A program made the translations under genes and the position numbers. A stretch of 47,457 nt of DNA from a virus. Below the pieces are notes generated by a model, which saw only the letters and a program-made list of their open reading frames with translations, had not been told where the DNA came from and searched no databases. Within the stretch, counting starts at the first letter, position 1. Each line of letters starts with the position of its first letter. This document shows positions 29,055-39,659 of this stretch, piece after piece. The stretch lies in IMG/VR virus record IMGVR_UViG_3300031813_000041; one strand, written 5' to 3'.

Positions 29055-29654
29055 ATCTGCTCCTAAATTCTGCTACGCACTCCCATTCAAAAACTTCTTT
29101 GAAATGATAAGTGCGAACTGACTCCATTAAATCGGAGATGATGCTCCCGTAGGACCAGTAGGTTCTGCCGTGGTCGATATCGTCGATGAAGGCCAGCACT
29201 CCGAAGCAGTGGATGATGTAAGTTCCAAACTGAGCGCAGTTTGCATGACTGAAATCCAGTCCTTCAACATCGATGGGAATATGTGCCGACGATAGCAGAT
29301 AAAAAAAACAAGGCGGCTCAGAATCTCATCTTTCATATCATTTGAAACATTAGACTGCTCAAGCAACATTGGCTTGGTGGTATACACAAATGTAGCACCC
29401 GCAATGTTAAGGAGAATATCTCTGGCCTCGGCCTCTTTTCCAATGCTCTCACCGGCTTCAAGAAAGATTCTTTTGGCAAGAACAGCGGATGAAATCATAG
29501 CCTTTCCTGATGACATTTCATCATAGGCTTCCTTGAACAGCCTCCAGTTGGCTTCAAAAACAGAAGTAGCCAGAGGAGTTGAGTGGACAATGATTGGATT
29601 TCCATCTTCATCCGTTAATCTCAAGACGATATTCAAGTTTTTGTTAATCTTCAT
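29032..29654 (-). CDS. Tail assembly chaperone, predicted -1 frameshift product (gpGT/E+E'-like)
   Basis: Hand translation of the -1 frame after T_TTT_TTT gives 89 further codons (YLLSSAHIPIDVEGLDF...EFRSRYGNRIGH). It ends at TGA 29034..29032, overlapping the tape measure start. Confidence 0.45.
29127..29654 (-). CDS. Tail assembly chaperone, zero-frame product (gpG/E-like)
   Basis: Sits between the tube and tape measure genes. Contains a T8 run (29301..29308) at codons 116-118. The zero-frame tail after the run is S/T-rich. Confidence 0.55.
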   Translation of the reverse strand: MKINKNLNIVLRLTDEDGNPIIVHSTPLATSVFEANWRLFKEAYDEMSSGKAMISSAVLAKRIFLEAGESIGKEAEARDILLNIAGATFVYTTKPMLLEQSNVSNDMKDEILSRLVFFICYRRHIFPSMLKDWISVMQTALSLELTSSTASECWPSSTISTTAEPTGPTGASSPI

Positions 29655-29684
29655 TTCAATTCCCTATATTGAACCCTGAAAGGA

Positions 29685-29736
29685 AGAGTCGGAAAGCAGC
29701 AGGGTCTGCTATTCGGGGATGGCCCTATCCGACTCT
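29685..29736 (-). promoter_or_regulatory. Long hairpin between the tube and chaperone genes
   Basis: 9-bp stem AGAGTCGGA/TCCGACTCT enclosing a 34-nt loop with an internal GCAG/CTGC helix. No U-run. Confidence 0.3.
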
Positions 29737-29742
29737 ATTCTT

Positions 29743-30189
29743 TTATACCAACTGCCAGAGGTCGTTTGAAGTATTGAACTGACCTGAGAACGTGATCGCA
29801 AAGTCAGGTTGCGTACCCGCCATGCTGATCTGCGCCCAGTTGGTGATAGCTACGTTATACAAGGTAAACGGAGCCATCGTTCCCGTATCCGGGGTAATGG
29901 TTATAGTGCCAATCGTAGGAGACTTCTGGATCTGGCTGATATATGCAGCAGACAGAGCCAAAGACTTCATGATGTTAGCGGTCACATTGACAATCTGATA
30001 CGGTTCTTCAGAGTTCACAATCGTGGTCATTCCCTGAAACTGCGTGACAACAGCAGTCTGCGGAGCGATAACGATACCTTCCTTTCCAAGGTAAGGTGCA
30101 GTGATACTGAGTCCCGTGTTGCCGGGGACCAAAACGGTCCCTCGGATTCTGTTCAAATTGCCGGGGATCAAAAGCGGATTAGTAGCCAT
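29743..30189 (-). CDS. Tail tube protein
   Basis: 148 aa immediately after the sheath gene and before the chaperone and tape measure genes. Confidence 0.6.
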   Translation of the reverse strand: MATNPLLIPGNLNRIRGTVLVPGNTGLSITAPYLGKEGIVIAPQTAVVTQFQGMTTIVNSEEPYQIVNVTANIMKSLALSAAYISQIQKSPTIGTITITPDTGTMAPFTLYNVAITNWAQISMAGTQPDFAITFSGQFNTSNDLWQLV

Positions 30190-30198
30190 GCTTTACTC

Positions 30199-31587
30199 CT
30201 AGGCGAACTGCGTTACGAGAATGTTGAACACGATGGTCTGGAATCCATACTGAGGCGTATATGCTACTTGGAAGCCAGCATACAACTGATTGGCGTAATC
30301 AGCAGGATTTTCAGCGATATAGGTATTGAACGGAATCGCATTGATGACAAAATTGCCAGCATACAAACCCGCATCAATGTTGGAAATGAACGTAACCGGA
30401 TCAAGAGAAGTCGTGATGACCTGGCCTAACGCCAGTCCACTTTGAACTGCCTGATTACCAACTGTTGCAGCAACCTGCTGAAGCGAGTTAATACCATCTT
30501 GATTGTAGTACAACGGATTCAACGTATTGTTGCTTCCATTAATAACTGCATTTGATACCGCAAGATTGATATTGACCTGTACCCAGTCGATTGAATAAGC
30601 GACATTAGCAGGAGTACCATTCAGATTCTTACCGGCAACAATGATCGTATTTGAAATGCCGCCTTCAGCGCCAGTCGTAACGAAATTGATATTGCCAGAA
30701 AGAAAAGCATTGGTAAGGGTCGATGTCAGCGGCGCATAAGCCGTCACACCACTCAGATACCGATACTGAGACGGAGGAAGTTTGTTGGAAGCAGATGGCT
30801 TGAAAGCAGTCATGTATTGCATGAATGAAACGCTATCCAGTTCCGTGTTCGCATTGGCGCCGGGAGACTGAATAAAAGCAAACACATTCAGAAGCTGACT
30901 CTGAGTTGCCCACGTTGCATACGTTGCTGCCGTCACGGGAAGATAAAACTTCTGCAATGACTGAAAACTATTGTAAAGCGTGAAGAACGCTTCTGCATCA
31001 GTTGCATCAGCATCAATGCCCGGAAGGAATCCCCAGTTATAAATCGTCTGCGGATTAGCGGCAAGATAGGCCTGAACTGAAGTCAGAACTGCTGCAGAGG
31101 CTGCCGTTCCAGTTTCATAGATGTAATAACCAACCTGACTATTGCCTTGCGCCCACCAAGTTGCATCAGCGGCTTCAAGATAAAGAGTCGGACCCGTTTC
31201 TACAGTACCGCTTCCTGTCAACGTACCAGGATTGGTTGCTACCGCATAAGTGAACTCAGTGGTGGTAGCTGCCGTTGCGACAAACGTGCCGTTATAGCCA
31301 GCAGGAGTACACCCGGAAACATTAATGGTGGTAGTCGTCCCTACAGGAATACCATGAGCGGAAGTGACCAGAGTAACAATACCTGAAGACCAAGTGGCAG
31401 TAGAAACCGCAAGTTCTGGATTCAAGATAGAGTCAAGCTGACCAGAGGCAGAAATATACTGCGTAGTGCCGGCAGCTAATGTGGTGCCACCGATAGAGAC
31501 GATAGCCGCTGTGTTAAGGTAGTTGGACGGAGCCGGTGCTACCTGCACAGAGATATTCGTCTGTACGATTTGGTTAAAAGAAGCCAT
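30199..31587 (-). CDS. Contractile tail sheath protein
   Basis: 462 aa, canonical sheath-tube-chaperone-tape measure order. Assignment mostly positional. Confidence 0.65.
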   Translation of the reverse strand: MASFNQIVQTNISVQVAPAPSNYLNTAAIVSIGGTTLAAGTTQYISASGQLDSILNPELAVSTATWSSGIVTLVTSAHGIPVGTTTTINVSGCTPAGYNGTFVATAATTTEFTYAVATNPGTLTGSGTVETGPTLYLEAADATWWAQGNSQVGYYIYETGTAASAAVLTSVQAYLAANPQTIYNWGFLPGIDADATDAEAFFTLYNSFQSLQKFYLPVTAATYATWATQSQLLNVFAFIQSPGANANTELDSVSFMQYMTAFKPSASNKLPPSQYRYLSGVTAYAPLTSTLTNAFLSGNINFVTTGAEGGISNTIIVAGKNLNGTPANVAYSIDWVQVNINLAVSNAVINGSNNTLNPLYYNQDGINSLQQVAATVGNQAVQSGLALGQVITTSLDPVTFISNIDAGLYAGNFVINAIPFNTYIAENPADYANQLYAGFQVAYTPQYGFQTIVFNILVTQFA

Positions 31588-31597
31588 GACTTACCCC

Positions 31598-31897
31598 TTA
31601 GTTGTAAGAGATTGCTACAGTCTGTCCTGTGCCGGGAGCAACAGTAATTCCCACTTTTGCAGGGAAATTAACAATGTAGTTGCCAACAGTTGCAGGAATA
31701 ACGGCGATCTGGTTTGCAACAGTATTACCGCTAGTTGATTTAGCGTCATAAATTGCGCCAGCGGTAGAACTTGTAGCAAGAACAGAGATAGTTACGGCAA
31801 AGCCAGGAGTAGCTTTAACTACGGTGGCTGCAGTAAGATCAAGGGCGCTGCTGGTTGCATTGCCCAGTGAAATAGTTTGGAAAGGACCTTGTGGCAT
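31598..31897 (-). CDS. Hypothetical structural protein
   Basis: 99-aa beta-rich A/T/V composition. Confidence 0.5.
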   Translation of the reverse strand: MPQGPFQTISLGNATSSALDLTAATVVKATPGFAVTISVLATSSTAGAIYDAKSTSGNTVANQIAVIPATVGNYIVNFPAKVGITVAPGTGQTVAISYN

Positions 31898-31908
31898 ATC
31901 AGTAACTC

Positions 31909-32829
31909 CTACGGGGGGTTAATATAGATAGGAACGGGCAAAGTACGACGAATATAGTTCAGCGCGGTTTGATATACAGCGTGTTGATTATAACTTACTT
32001 CTAAATCAACGAATTTCTGTTGGCCTAACGCATTCAATTCTGACTGAATGTGCTTACCATCCCTCGCGACCATACCCATTTTCATAATGCCAAACGACCC
32101 ATCTAAGGACGAATTGACAATATACTGGAGATAGTTTTGCACTGTTTGATTGTCAAAACCATAAATAACTAATCGAACCTTTTCAGCCATCAATTGCCAT
32201 GTTCCATTCTCTGTCAGTAGAGGAATAGGCTGCATTTGGTTGGTAGCCATAGGATCAATATGGCAAACAATGTATGGAGGAACGATATTCTCAGGAACCA
32301 GATAAGACGGGTAGACAGGCCCAAAGTTGTTCAGGGCCATCCATATAGGCAAGCTATTGGAGACTACAGGAGCAGTCGGTAATTCTGAGAAGTCCTGTAG
32401 AACCTGCGTATACATTTCAGGGTATACGGCTTGTCCTGTGTAATGCCACAGGTTTGCTTGCTCATAATAGTTGTTATGAGAAGAGAAGCTAAACTGGAAG
32501 TCTGGACCCTGACCCAACCACATTTGGCTAGGCTGAACACCATTAAAGTCTGCAATCTCTGTAGGAGTTGTTAGCAGAATGTTTTGATAAGCAATTGTCT
32601 TATCAAGTTCTTGCCTTTGCTCGGTGTTGTAATGGAATGATCCAAACACGGTGATTGGAGCAGTTCCAGGATCTTTGATCCAGAAGACAGTTCCATCTAG
32701 AGGGAGGATGTATCGCGTATACGAGACAAACGTAATCTCTTGATGTTGGCTAATTGAACCTAGGCCAACTTGTAAAGCAGCCGCTAATGGATTGTCAGGG
32801 AAATTGCCGCCAAGATCTAGATTAGGCAT
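31909..32829 (-). CDS. Hypothetical neck/tail-completion-region protein
   Basis: 306-aa ORF between the head-tail genes and the sheath. Confidence 0.5.
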   Translation of the reverse strand: MPNLDLGGNFPDNPLAAALQVGLGSISQHQEITFVSYTRYILPLDGTVFWIKDPGTAPITVFGSFHYNTEQRQELDKTIAYQNILLTTPTEIADFNGVQPSQMWLGQGPDFQFSFSSHNNYYEQANLWHYTGQAVYPEMYTQVLQDFSELPTAPVVSNSLPIWMALNNFGPVYPSYLVPENIVPPYIVCHIDPMATNQMQPIPLLTENGTWQLMAEKVRLVIYGFDNQTVQNYLQYIVNSSLDGSFGIMKMGMVARDGKHIQSELNALGQQKFVDLEVSYNQHAVYQTALNYIRRTLPVPIYINPP

Positions 32830-33238
32830 CCTTTATCACCGCATCCATAGCCGCTTTATAGGTTCCAGTATCAATGAATGAGGGGCGATTGAAGCCGCGA
32901 TTAGGGCTATTCTTGCGCCATCTCTTTCCGACATTAGCCGCTTTTGTAGCGACACCCGGAATCTTGCCGTCGAACAATTTCAACTGTAAGGCGTCCTTGA
33001 AGGCAGAGGATATCTTGCGTACAGACGCTTCATTGATATCATTGCCCTCTAGTTTTTTGATCGCCATTTCAGCGACAGCATCCCCTACAAGCCGTTGATT
33101 CATGTCAACAAACTTACCCATCAGTTTGTATTTTCTTTCAATTGCTTGAGCGACTGCTACAACGTCAGGGTCCATGTTTCCTTCAATCCCTTTTGGGTCT
33201 GAATAGGAAGTAGGATTAACGCCTAGGACAAGTTTCAT
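32822..33238 (-). CDS. Head-tail joining / tail completion protein candidate
   Basis: 138 aa; RPSFIDTGTYKAAM-like C-terminus and its position. Confidence 0.4.
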   Translation of the reverse strand: MKLVLGVNPTSYSDPKGIEGNMDPDVVAVAQAIERKYKLMGKFVDMNQRLVGDAVAEMAIKKLEGNDINEASVRKISSAFKDALQLKLFDGKIPGVATKAANVGKRWRKNSPNRGFNRPSFIDTGTYKAAMDAVIKDA

Positions 33239-33696
33239 GCTACACCCAGAAGGCTGAGTGAGCCGAAATCCTGTGCAATCTGAAGATACGTTCTACCGTA
33301 TGGGGTTTTTAAATTCTGTAGGTTTCCAATCGTAAGGCCCTTGAGAGCTTCTGGAACCGATAGGGTGGATTGAGTTCCTTCATCACCGGCGAATGAGACA
33401 ACGCCAGAAACGAATGCGTTAAGCTGGTACTTCTGTTTGGCCTGTGCGAAGAAAGTTTGTCCCGGCTGATCCTGTGCATAAGTGAGCAATGTGTCACCTG
33501 CAAGGTTATAAACAGCCGTGATGTACAGAAATTGCCCTGGTATCTGAGGAATTACAGAAAGTAAGTCCGTGCAGATATTCAGGGCAAAGTTGTACGAGAA
33601 CTCGATGACCGGACTTCCATCTGGCAATAGGGTAGTGTTAATACCCATAATGTTGCGGATAAAGCTGACATAACCAGGGAGAGTCGGTCCATCCAT
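33235..33696 (-). CDS. Head-tail connector candidate
   Basis: 153 aa downstream of the capsid module. Positional assignment. Confidence 0.4.
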   Translation of the reverse strand: MDGPTLPGYVSFIRNIMGINTTLLPDGSPVIEFSYNFALNICTDLLSVIPQIPGQFLYITAVYNLAGDTLLTYAQDQPGQTFFAQAKQKYQLNAFVSGVVSFAGDEGTQSTLSVPEALKGLTIGNLQNLKTPYGRTYLQIAQDFGSLSLLGVA

Positions 33697-33698
33697 AA

Positions 33699-34193
33699 TT
33701 AGCTCTTGATTTGGTGACTAAACTTCTGCTTAACCATCGACTTGCCTTTACGATCATTCTCCTTCGGAGTGTCTTCAATGATCTCAAGTTCGACAGCCTT
33801 AACACCTTCACGCAAGTCAGGATTAGTCTCAATGGACTTAATCATCCCGTAAGCCGTTTCTTCCTTATTGCGCTGAATCTGATCCGCAAGGATATCCTGA
33901 TTCGTTTCGTCTACTACACAAAATACCTCTAGAGGGATCGGCTTATCTGAGTAGACCAGAGAAATCTTGGTCGAATCTCGACCTGCTTTTCTAGCATCTT
34001 CAATGCTAACCAAACCATATTTCTTATGGTGATTTACAACGAAGCTGATATCAATATCATGTGCATCACGCAGAACTTGTGCTTGTCCACCCGCCGCAAT
34101 CGGCATACTGAAGATTTTGGGACCTTCAGGGAGCGTCCAATGGAACACATGATCCTGAGTGGAAACATTAGCGATAAATAAATTAGCCATCAT
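33699..34193 (-). CDS. Hypothetical protein
   Basis: 164-aa ORF following the capsid gene hairpin. Confidence 0.5.
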   Translation of the reverse strand: MMANLFIANVSTQDHVFHWTLPEGPKIFSMPIAAGGQAQVLRDAHDIDISFVVNHHKKYGLVSIEDARKAGRDSTKISLVYSDKPIPLEVFCVVDETNQDILADQIQRNKEETAYGMIKSIETNPDLREGVKAVELEIIEDTPKENDRKGKSMVKQKFSHQIKS

Positions 34194-34212
34194 TATTCCC
34201 TGTTTAGTTGAA

Positions 34213-34234
34213 AGCGGGGCTATTATACCCCGCT
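34213..34234 (-). promoter_or_regulatory. Hairpin just after the major capsid gene (possible partial terminator)
   Basis: 7-bp stem AGCGGGG/CCCCGCT with an 8-nt loop, followed on the minus strand by TTCAAC (weak U-run). Confidence 0.3.
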
Positions 34235-34247
34235 CCCAATATCGCTT

Positions 34248-35273
34248 TTAGCTGTACTGCATCGAGATGATGGTCGTACCCTGTGAGCGAATAGCCCAGC
34301 CAGGAGTTGCCCTCATTTCAGACAGAGTTGACAGCGCACCATCAGGCAGCGGCGAAGTGATTTCAATCGGAGCCGCTACGTTGGAAAGCTGCAGAGTCGT
34401 TGCCTGAAGGCTCGGAGTCAGGGTAGCAAAGATGTTGGTGTTCGGCTGTGAACCAACAAACGGAACCTTGATTTCCGGGATAACAATCAGGACTGCATCA
34501 GTGCCGCCAGCGCCCTTACCAATAAGGGTATCGTCGAAACCGAATTCCAGATCGTCACCGCTCCAGCCAATGACCTGCTCAAGCGTCTGTGCAGTAGAAG
34601 CAGAACCTGCGCCTTCACGCTGATACTGGGTCAACTGAACGATGCTGTACTGCCACTGACCGATAACGCGCTGCGGTCCAAGGATAACAACGCGAGCGGC
34701 CTGACCAAGCTGGTTCATACGGATCTTTGCAGCAACAACCTGTTGTGCAAGGAACTGAGCCATCTGACCGTTATCGTAGGTAACAACAGTATCATTGCCG
34801 AAAGAGTCAGCCGGGAGGTTCAGGGTGGTAGCACCCGGAGCATTCAGCAGACCTTCGCCAGTGTTCTGTGGGTTGAAACCGTACAGAAGGCCGTTACGCA
34901 GACCCTGGTTGATACCCTGACGCATTGCAAGGCGCTGTGCTTCAGGAAGCGAGAAGCCCCAGTTGCCAGCAGCAGCAATGTCATGATGATCGTAGATAGT
35001 ACGGCTACGAAGCAGATAGGTCGGGGTGCTGATCTGGAGTGAATCAACAGAGCAAGACGGAATCTGATTGCTGACGTTCTGGTTAGCAGTAAATGCTGAC
35101 TTTACGTTCAGGCGCTTAATGTATACAGCCAGATCGCCCTGTGAAAGACGGGGCATGATCGTAGCATTCGGGAGCGCAAGAAACGCACCAGAAGGCTGTT
35201 GATACTGCATGATAAGTTCGGGCATCGTGTAGCTGGGATGGATCTGCACGAAGCCAGCGGTAATGTTAGCCAT
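34248..35273 (-). CDS. Major capsid protein
   Basis: 341 aa. Sits after the scaffold and a small structural gene and is followed by a hairpin. Composition typical of a capsid protein. Confidence 0.7.
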   Translation of the reverse strand: MANITAGFVQIHPSYTMPELIMQYQQPSGAFLALPNATIMPRLSQGDLAVYIKRLNVKSAFTANQNVSNQIPSCSVDSLQISTPTYLLRSRTIYDHHDIAAAGNWGFSLPEAQRLAMRQGINQGLRNGLLYGFNPQNTGEGLLNAPGATTLNLPADSFGNDTVVTYDNGQMAQFLAQQVVAAKIRMNQLGQAARVVILGPQRVIGQWQYSIVQLTQYQREGAGSASTAQTLEQVIGWSGDDLEFGFDDTLIGKGAGGTDAVLIVIPEIKVPFVGSQPNTNIFATLTPSLQATTLQLSNVAAPIEITSPLPDGALSTLSEMRATPGWAIRSQGTTIISMQYS

Positions 35274-35283
35274 AGTTCGCTCC

Positions 35284-35892
35284 TTAGATGATGATAACCG
35301 CTACAGAACTTGAAGTATTCCAAGTTGCGAAGCCAGTGCCAGAGTTATAGGAAACAGATGCGCCGTTAGAAGAAACTTCCAACAGAGTGACCTTGATTGC
35401 GATGTTGCTAGTAGCCGTGGTCGTAAGACGCAGGTTAGCCACATCCCAGTAAATGGTCTGCGGGTTCAATGAGTTAGCAAGAGCAATGATGCTGCTATCA
35501 CAAGCGACAACTACGCGAGCGCCAGTGCCTACACGAATGAAGTTCAGACTGTTGCCAGCAGATGCCAGCGGAACCGGAGACTGCGGAGTGGTCGGAAGGC
35601 TATAAGAACCATTAGATACGGTGAAACCAGAAATACCGGTAACAGCAGTAGCAGAAAGGATCGTCGGAGCCGCGCCACCTTGGACTGCATCATAAGTAGA
35701 TGAGCCAGCAGTGTATTCAGCAACAGCAACGCCGCCCCACAGAGGGGTTGACTGGCTGCTTGCTACAACACCAGCAGACAGAGCGAAACGTACAGCAGGA
35801 TCGTCCTGAAGATCGCCTTGCCAGTAGCCCTGAGACTGTACTGAGAAGCCGTCCTGTACGTTGGTAATAACGTAGGGGTTAAAAGTAGTCAT
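35284..35892 (-). CDS. Head structural/decoration protein candidate
   Basis: 202-aa A/S/T/V-rich sequence between the scaffold and capsid genes. Confidence 0.45.
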   Translation of the reverse strand: MTTFNPYVITNVQDGFSVQSQGYWQGDLQDDPAVRFALSAGVVASSQSTPLWGGVAVAEYTAGSSTYDAVQGGAAPTILSATAVTGISGFTVSNGSYSLPTTPQSPVPLASAGNSLNFIRVGTGARVVVACDSSIIALANSLNPQTIYWDVANLRLTTTATSNIAIKVTLLEVSSNGASVSYNSGTGFATWNTSSSVAVIII

Positions 35893-35903
35893 TTAGTTAC
35901 TCC

Positions 35904-37364
35904 TTAGACTCGGATGTTGCCACGATACCGTGCGCCGTTGGAGAACATATCCATCCAAGCGCGGGGATCAGAGTTAGCACTAGGGGTGCGGATCATGCGA
36001 CCAGCTTCATCACGGCTTTCAACCATGTGAACAGTGCCTTCAGCAACCGGAGGTGCTTTTGCATAGCTCATGCTGTCTGCATAGATTGCATCTTCGACAG
36101 GAGCAAAAAGCGCCTTGTCCTTGATGCCATTTACATCCACGTCCTTGAAGCGATCAGAGAACTTTGCAAAACGAGAAGCGAGACGCTTACGGAATGCAAA
36201 GACGCTTTCACCCATCAACGGCGCGATGCCATTTGTATCGCCAAGAGCCATAGCAATAGAATCAGCGCGAGACTGGACGCGAGCCATCTCTTCACGGTCA
36301 TCTACACTACGGTCTGCAACCTTAGACTGAAGAGCAGCAATCTGCTTTTCGAGTTCAAGGATCTTGCTATCAGCGCGTGAATCGTCTTTCACTTCCTTTT
36401 CCTCTTCTTTGGTTTCTTCTTCCTTTTCCTCTGAATCGGCTTTCGCTTCTTCTTCTGAATCGGCCTTTGAGTCCACTTCGTGATGAGTCTCTTCGATCTC
36501 TTCTTTCACTTCCTCTTTCTCTTCAGCAGAAAGACCTTCGTCTGCTTTCATGCAGTCTTCTTTCTCTTCAGAGTCGAGCTTGTTGTGGCCCATATCATGT
36601 TTCGAGTCCATCTTAGATTCTAGAGAGTCAAGACGCTCCAAAATCTTGTTGAGGACCTCTTCTCCCACGGAGGGAGCGTGAACTGCTTCACTCATAGGTT
36701 GTACCTCGGTTGAATCAATGCGAACTCCGTCAGGTGCGCCTTTATCCCATACACCTGCGGAGCAGACAGCTATATGGTCAATAAAGCTAGGATTTCCTTC
36801 TTCAAGGAGATTGCCTGTCTTTATTGCGGACTTTGAGATGGTCACTGCTGGGGATGTAGATAACTGGTTTTCAGTCATCTTGATTGCGGCATCTTCATCG
36901 TAGATACGAGCAATCGTCCAGACATCATCACCCTTGATATAAGGAAGTGATGAAGTACCGATAATCTGGTTTTTAAATGATGTAGAGTCCAGAAGTTTAC
37001 TGTCTGGATGCTCCATAATCACTGGAAGCCCATTACAACGGGCAAGGAACTCATTGTTTAAATAGTGCGCGGGAGACTTGTGAGCAATCTCTCCGTCAGA
37101 CCTTTCTGCAAGGCCAGTACCTGTAACTCTAATATCAAATAGATAACAGTTACCGTACTTTTGAGGACTAGGAAGGCGTCCAAATCGGATATCTTCCATG
37201 ATCTTGAATTCAGTAGATTCGGGAGCGTCCACAACCTTAGTCATAGATTTCTCTGAATCTGCTTCGACAAATTCTTTGCCGACTTCTTGCGGGATACCTA
37301 ATGTGGAATGCCCTTCAGCGGCAGCCCACATTGCTCTTCTTTGTGCTTCAGATACTGTTGGCAT
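35904..37364 (-). CDS. Prohead scaffold/protease-like protein with an acidic EEKEE low-complexity region
   Basis: 486 aa. N-terminus [21 protein letters not shown]. Central E/K/D-rich repeat tract (about aa 260-330). Sits between the MuF-like gene and the capsid gene. Confidence 0.55.
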   Translation of the reverse strand: MPTVSEAQRRAMWAAAEGHSTLGIPQEVGKEFVEADSEKSMTKVVDAPESTEFKIMEDIRFGRLPSPQKYGNCYLFDIRVTGTGLAERSDGEIAHKSPAHYLNNEFLARCNGLPVIMEHPDSKLLDSTSFKNQIIGTSSLPYIKGDDVWTIARIYDEDAAIKMTENQLSTSPAVTISKSAIKTGNLLEEGNPSFIDHIAVCSAGVWDKGAPDGVRIDSTEVQPMSEAVHAPSVGEEVLNKILERLDSLESKMDSKHDMGHNKLDSEEKEDCMKADEGLSAEEKEEVKEEIEETHHEVDSKADSEEEAKADSEEKEEETKEEEKEVKDDSRADSKILELEKQIAALQSKVADRSVDDREEMARVQSRADSIAMALGDTNGIAPLMGESVFAFRKRLASRFAKFSDRFKDVDVNGIKDKALFAPVEDAIYADSMSYAKAPPVAEGTVHMVESRDEAGRMIRTPSANSDPRAWMDMFSNGARYRGNIRV

Positions 37365-37383
37365 ATACCACCATACAGGACAT

Positions 37384-38151
37384 TTATTTACCCTTTGTAC
37401 GTTCTAAGCCCTTGTTTGTCAAGCAATCTTTAGGGACATTTTCAAGGACATAAACGTATTTAGAGGAGCATTTACAGTTAGGTAATTCACCTGGCTGCTC
37501 AATATCATCTTGGAAAATTTCATTACCTCTTTTAATCAAACCGTCCTTATAGGCCCAGCTATCTTTCAGGATAATAAACTTGCCATCTATATCAAGATGC
37601 TTGTGTTCCTTGCGATAATTATATCCGGGGACTCGAAAATTAGAGTGCCAATAGTAGCCGATAGCGCCACATTCTCTGGCAACGATAGCATCCATATTAG
37701 ATACCATCTTCCTTGCCTGATCGTCGGCAATCGTTTTATCGTGTTTAGGGAGTTCTTTAATAGGCTTAGAGATGAAATTAACGATCTCTTGCTTGTTAGA
37801 GATAGTTCTGGACACAGGAATACTGCTCACCCATCCTGCAAAACGCCTTAGAACCGTCTCCTTGGCCTCTTCACGCCTCATTTTTGCAAGGCGCTTGGCA
37901 GAATCTATGCGATTATCTCTTTCGTCCCTAAACAGGAAATAGAGGGCCGCAATGACATAAGGGGCAATATCATGCCGTTTATGCAGGTTTTTATAGTCGA
38001 TTTGAGAGGTAAATTTCCGCTTTATGACGGGAGTAACATCCTTAACAGGTAGAACATCAATAAAGTAGCCCAGTTGATAGAGGAGAGTTTGTACGTCCTC
38101 TCCTTTTAAGGCTCTGGCCACCAGATCATCAATTTTCCGATAATAGTTCAT
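37384..38151 (-). CDS. Head morphogenesis protein (Mu gpF / SPP1 gp7 family)
   Basis: YYWHS...[11 protein letters not shown] and C-terminal GELPNCKCS resemble the family W.t..D...H..l.G and HPNCRC motifs (from memory). Directly follows the portal gene. Confidence 0.6.
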   Translation of the reverse strand: MNYYRKIDDLVARALKGEDVQTLLYQLGYFIDVLPVKDVTPVIKRKFTSQIDYKNLHKRHDIAPYVIAALYFLFRDERDNRIDSAKRLAKMRREEAKETVLRRFAGWVSSIPVSRTISNKQEIVNFISKPIKELPKHDKTIADDQARKMVSNMDAIVARECGAIGYYWHSNFRVPGYNYRKEHKHLDIDGKFIILKDSWAYKDGLIKRGNEIFQDDIEQPGELPNCKCSSKYVYVLENVPKDCLTNKGLERTKGK

Positions 38152-39659
38152 CGATTCTCTTTAGCGATGTTCTTGGTCGGCTGCTTTTCCTTGATGCCCT
38201 TAATAGCCTTCGGCTTTCTTGGCTGTGAATCAGGCACTACTTCGGATCTGGTCTTCTGACGTACACCTTCTTCATTAACGCCGCCCATTGGCTGAAGCAG
38301 ACCTTCCAGCGACTGTTCAGAGATTTCATCCACATCAATTTCCAGTTTATTAGGAAAGAGTGTTTCCATCTCATTTAGATTGGACACAACCCAATTTACG
38401 AGTTGCCCTTTGTTCTCCCCTTCACAGACTCTTTCAAGCGCGTTAAAGACCTGAAGAATGGATTCGTAGGAGATGCGCTGATATTCGACTCGCTCTTTCT
38501 TAGAAGGCTCCAGAGCTTCTGGCCAGATGGCTTTGAAAGACCTCTTGCAAGCAATGAAAAATTCTTCATAAGTCTTGGGGATTCCGGGGAAGCGAGATTT
38601 AATTGATTCGTAGTATTCAGGACTCCATGCAACGTGCATGATGATGTTGTCCATGAAGTCATACAGGTTCTTCATATCCAGACGAACCCGATCAATATAG
38701 GACGCAATCAGCTTCGCGTCTTCTTCGCCTTCACCAAATCCCTGAGAGAGCGCATCCGAAGTAAGGAACTGCGCTGGCATATCAAGCGATAGAGCAATTG
38801 TTTCGAGAATGTTCTGGCGCTGTTTTTGATAGTCCAGGTAATGAAGATCAAGAGATTCAATAGCTTCATCAGGTTTGATAGAAACAGTATTTCCAGTTCT
38901 AGCACCCTTAAGGATATTGAGACGGATATTTTGTGCGGCTTGCTGGACACGATCAATAATGCTCCCAGGTTGGCTTATTTTTGCAACAAGGACACCTGAC
39001 TTAACCATAACCAGATTGTCTGCCACCATTGACTGAAGGTAGGACTGGAGAGGATATAGGCATCGAGCGAAAGCAGACCTACCCACATAACCAAAAGAAG
39101 AATTGGTAAAAGATAGGTAAATAGGGTTTTCATAAAGCTGGATATGCGCTCTGCTTGCAGCATAAGGCTTGCCCTGGACAGCAATGCTTGAATACTTGAG
39201 AAAATCAGGGCGATTAGGATCAAGAATGCCCACCAAGGAACCAGCAGTATTGAGAGGATCAAGACTATTAAACTTGATGTTACCTTTCCAAAGTTCTTCT
39301 GGGAGAAGAGGGCGTTGAGTATTCCCATCTTCCGGGACAATCGCGAGAGAACTGATTCCATAAATTCTAGATAATCTATAGCAATCTGCCACATAGTAAT
39401 CTGCCTGAAGTTCGTCCCAAACCTGATTAAACCGATCCACAATCGCATCAGGAGCTTCCAGAACAACGATCTCTCGCCTCTTGTTCATTGCCCTTGCAAT
39501 CGGTGAGTCAATAATCTTCTTCCCCAGAGGATGACTCACATAGATTTCCTTTGCCACCATATATGACGGCTGTTCTCCAGGAGCGATGCTTTGACACATC
39601 ATGATGTCGTACAGAGGAGATCCTTGCTCTATACCATTGGACATTGATACTACTGCCAT
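38148..39659 (-). CDS. Portal protein
   Basis: 503 aa immediately downstream of TerL with an overlapping start/stop. Confidence 0.7.
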   Translation of the reverse strand: MAVVSMSNGIEQGSPLYDIMMCQSIAPGEQPSYMVAKEIYVSHPLGKKIIDSPIARAMNKRREIVVLEAPDAIVDRFNQVWDELQADYYVADCYRLSRIYGISSLAIVPEDGNTQRPLLPEELWKGNIKFNSLDPLNTAGSLVGILDPNRPDFLKYSSIAVQGKPYAASRAHIQLYENPIYLSFTNSSFGYVGRSAFARCLYPLQSYLQSMVADNLVMVKSGVLVAKISQPGSIIDRVQQAAQNIRLNILKGARTGNTVSIKPDEAIESLDLHYLDYQKQRQNILETIALSLDMPAQFLTSDALSQGFGEGEEDAKLIASYIDRVRLDMKNLYDFMDNIIMHVAWSPEYYESIKSRFPGIPKTYEEFFIACKRSFKAIWPEALEPSKKERVEYQRISYESILQVFNALERVCEGENKGQLVNWVVSNLNEMETLFPNKLEIDVDEISEQSLEGLLQPMGGVNEEGVRQKTRSEVVPDSQPRKPKAIKGIKEKQPTKNIAKENR

